A program made the translations under genes and the position numbers. A stretch of DNA of 64,000 nucleotides from Synechococcus sp. (lineage in GTDB: Bacteria; Cyanobacteriota; Cyanobacteriia; Thermostichales; PCC-7336), in NCBI GenBank assembly GCA_051439425.1, contig JBFRWD010000110.1, positions 28,601 to 92,600 of the forward strand. Direction: 5' to 3'. The notes beneath the pieces are model-generated. The model was not told the origin of the DNA, ran no database searches, and worked only from the letters and a program-made list of their open reading frames with translations. The first letter of the stretch is position 1; the number at the start of each line of letters is the position of its first letter. Of the stretch, positions 61,808 to 64,000 are shown piece by piece.

Positions 61808-62341
61808 TTATCGACTCACCACAGTGATGTCAAACGACAGCTCGAACGGTTGAAAATCATTGGATGTAGTGGAAGTTCCAGAAATTACGATTGTGTACGC
61901 GCCAATGTCTGGGAATGTCACAGTTGCGCCAGGGATATCGGTGTAGCTTTCTGCCGACACAGGCTTTAGCTGGGGTGAAGCGATTGGAGGTGTCGTATCA
62001 ACCAACGGCTGTGCAAAGACTTGAACCCTACAGTCGCATTCTCCTAACTGCAGCACTGAGCCTCCCCGGCGAGTCAATGCGAACCACATCAAGACACTTT
62101 CTCCCGCTCGCGGGCGATCGTTGGGCTCGATGTGCAACGTACCACCAATATCGTCGGCCACTTGAACTTGGTGTGCATTCGCCGGAGCGATCGCCCATCG
62201 ACTCATAGGGAATTGACTCATGGGGAATCGACTCACCGCAATAGGAGAGAGTGCCACCACCATTCCCACACCCAATCCAAAAGCGACTCTTGCTGTACTC
62301 AGTCGCTGACACACTCGCTTACTTAACTTGAGGGGGGGCAT
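61808..62341 (-). CDS. Exported hypothetical protein (A-H mature N-terminus)
   Basis: Signal peptide ending APANA|HQV and GGTLHIEPND.P.AGE...WFALT..GG; overlaps the stop of the upstream gene. Confidence 0.75.
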   Translation of the reverse strand: MPPLKLSKRVCQRLSTARVAFGLGVGMVVALSPIAVSRFPMSQFPMSRWAIAPANAHQVQVADDIGGTLHIEPNDRPRAGESVLMWFALTRRGGSVLQLGECDCRVQVFAQPLVDTTPPIASPQLKPVSAESYTDIPGATVTFPDIGAYTIVISGTSTTSNDFQPFELSFDITVVSR

Positions 62342-63539
62342 AGTGCTTCTCCAACGCCAAAACAGACCAACACCAACGACGTCTCGCCAGCAAAACACCG
62401 ATAACAATCACCATTAATCCAGCGGTACAGATCCAATTTTCCCACCCTAACTGGGTACTACCCAGAAAATTTGGCCCGATCGCGATTGCATGAATCGCAC
62501 ATAAGACAAACGCCGGAACTCCCAAAAGGTGTACTTTCCGCCAAGACGATCCCAGGCGCTTTTGTGCCCTATCAAAGCTAGTAAGAGCCGCAGGTAGCAT
62601 CAGCACAACCGCCCCAGCACCCAGTCCAATACTGAGCTGGTGAGACGGCAGCATAAACTCGATCGCCTTCAGGTTCCAGTCCCAGGCGTGCACCAACACG
62701 TGCAACCCATGAACCGCAGATAAGACAAAGGCTCCGACCCCAAGCCCCCGTCTGTAAGTCAGAATTGATGGCCAGATGCGATGCAGGGGGCGGGCTATCA
62801 GCGTCAGTGCCAAAAAGAAGACGGCAGCGTATGCAGCATAGTCTCCAGTACTTTCGCCCACTCGCATAAGGGTTAGTACACCGATCCCGAGGGTTAGCCA
62901 TCCCCCTAATCGAAACAGTTGGCTACGGCGATCGGCACTTAATCGCGATGCCGAAACCCCGATCGCGAACATGGCCGGAACCGTACCGATGCCAAAAGCC
63001 GCCATCGTGGCAGCCCCGGTCCACAAATCCCCAGACTCGGCGGCCTTGATCTGCGCAACATACAAGAACCCACACGGAATTAAGCCCCAAAGCCCCCCCA
63101 ACAGTGCTGGCGTCCACCAGCGATACCGATCGGAAACCTGAGTCATGGCTCGGTTGAGGCGATCGTGTAGCCCACGTTTGAGGATGGGATGCAAAACAGG
63201 TAGTTCGGGCAATAGCTGAGGGGAGATCTGTTTCAACCCCATCCAAACCAAAGCCAATCCAGTAACCAGTGCCATTATTCGCCGGAGCAAGCTCCCCAGT
63301 CCGGCTACCTGCCCCCCCGCGATCGCCACCGAACTCACTGCTCCAATCGCGGCCCCCACCATCAAGTAGCTGAGAATGCGACCGATATTCAACAATCCGT
63401 GAAATTCCAGTTGTCGCCTCCAACTGGCTTCACCTTTGGCAGACAGCGAAAACGCCACAGCGAGCGGCCCGCACATCGCCACGCAATGACCGAAGCTTCC
63501 TAAGAATCCAAGTGCAGCGATGAGAAGCAAGTCGAGCAT
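62319..63539 (-). CDS. TauE/SafE-DsbD_2 membrane protein fused to a ferric-reductase-like TM domain
   Basis: GSFGHCVAMCGP and GLIPCGFLY; C-terminal YRRGLGV..F..S..H and ALTS...AQKRLGSSWRKVH. Confidence 0.85.
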   Translation of the reverse strand: MLDLLLIAALGFLGSFGHCVAMCGPLAVAFSLSAKGEASWRRQLEFHGLLNIGRILSYLMVGAAIGAVSSVAIAGGQVAGLGSLLRRIMALVTGLALVWMGLKQISPQLLPELPVLHPILKRGLHDRLNRAMTQVSDRYRWWTPALLGGLWGLIPCGFLYVAQIKAAESGDLWTGAATMAAFGIGTVPAMFAIGVSASRLSADRRSQLFRLGGWLTLGIGVLTLMRVGESTGDYAAYAAVFFLALTLIARPLHRIWPSILTYRRGLGVGAFVLSAVHGLHVLVHAWDWNLKAIEFMLPSHQLSIGLGAGAVVLMLPAALTSFDRAQKRLGSSWRKVHLLGVPAFVLCAIHAIAIGPNFLGSTQLGWENWICTAGLMVIVIGVLLARRRWCWSVLALEKHYAPPQVK

Positions 63540-63774
63540 AGAGGTGTCGAGAGTCAGGCTACAAGCCGTTGTGTGGATAAAGGCCTTTTCCAGTATGGAT
63601 GGAGGCGGCTTACGCGCCTACGACACGCTGTCGCTCTAGCCGTCTGTCAGCATAGAAGTGATAGGTGATTCCCTCTCTTGGGCTTACTGCCGGGGCAGTC
63701 ATAACACCCCTAGCAACTCTGACAAATCACAAGAAGGATAGGTACAAGAGTGCGATTGCAAAGGCCAGGCAATC

Positions 63775-64000
63775 TTACTGGGACGCGACATTCTGGGCTG
63801 CGACATTCTGGGCTGCGACATTGCGATCGTTCAAAAAGCGTAGCTGCCGGTACAACACCTCAGTTTTGGGCATCGTCACTCCTCGCCTCTTCGCAGCTCG
63901 AATCGGATTGCCGTAGATGGATTCCACCTCAAGTGGACGGTGATGATCAAAATCCAGCTTCATGCTGGTTAAATAGGGAGTCATGACGGCAGTACTATCC
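63775..64000 (-). CDS. panE: 2-dehydropantoate 2-reductase, C-terminal part (truncated by the window edge)
   Basis: MTPYLTSMKLDFDHHRPLEVESIYGNPIRAA...MPKTEVLY matches the ApbA_C pattern. Confidence 0.75.
   Translation of the reverse strand, partial: DSTAVMTPYLTSMKLDFDHHRPLEVESIYGNPIRAAKRRGVTMPKTEVLYRQLRFLNDRNVAAQNVAAQNVASQ
63785..63822. repeat. 15-bp tandem repeat (2.5 units) in the panE 3' end
   Basis: GCGACATTCTGGGCT x2 plus GCGACATT, encoding NVAAQ repeats. Confidence 0.9.

Overview
This is a 64-kb stretch of a cyanobacterial chromosome. The evidence is the abundant HIP1 octamer GCGATCGC plus psb34, ycf66, crtH, petR/petP-like and sphR-like genes. It is mostly housekeeping: ffh, proA, rpmI-rplT, ftsH, rnz, cobD, nadA, mreBCD, family-4 UDG, moaA, carB, trpE, crtH, glyQ, DAHP synthase, nadB, ispG, an orphan Dam-family methyltransferase and a partial panE. 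I found no tRNA, rRNA, CRISPR array, transposase, integrase or defence island, and nothing I can confidently call a wholly new multi-gene system. The notable items lie outside the supplied ORF track. (1) A complete nitrogen-control cassette: two NtcA boxes, a sigma70-type promoter, a glutamine (glnA) riboswitch with an apparent anti-SD, a 55-aa DUF4278-type ORF and a terminator (17710-18150). (2) A ~95-bp MITE-like repeat with TATAG...CTATA ends in four dispersed copies. (3) An rplT gene whose start reads ATT-TCG-CTT-TTA where ATG-TCG-CGT-GTA is expected. (4) Several unannotated small ORFs: psb34, a 41-aa membrane peptide divergent from petR, and an excisionase-like ORF. (5) A low-GC membrane gene split by one in-frame stop. 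(6) A DinG-like protein with degenerate ATPase motifs. All family assignments come from motif recognition by eye, not from database searches.
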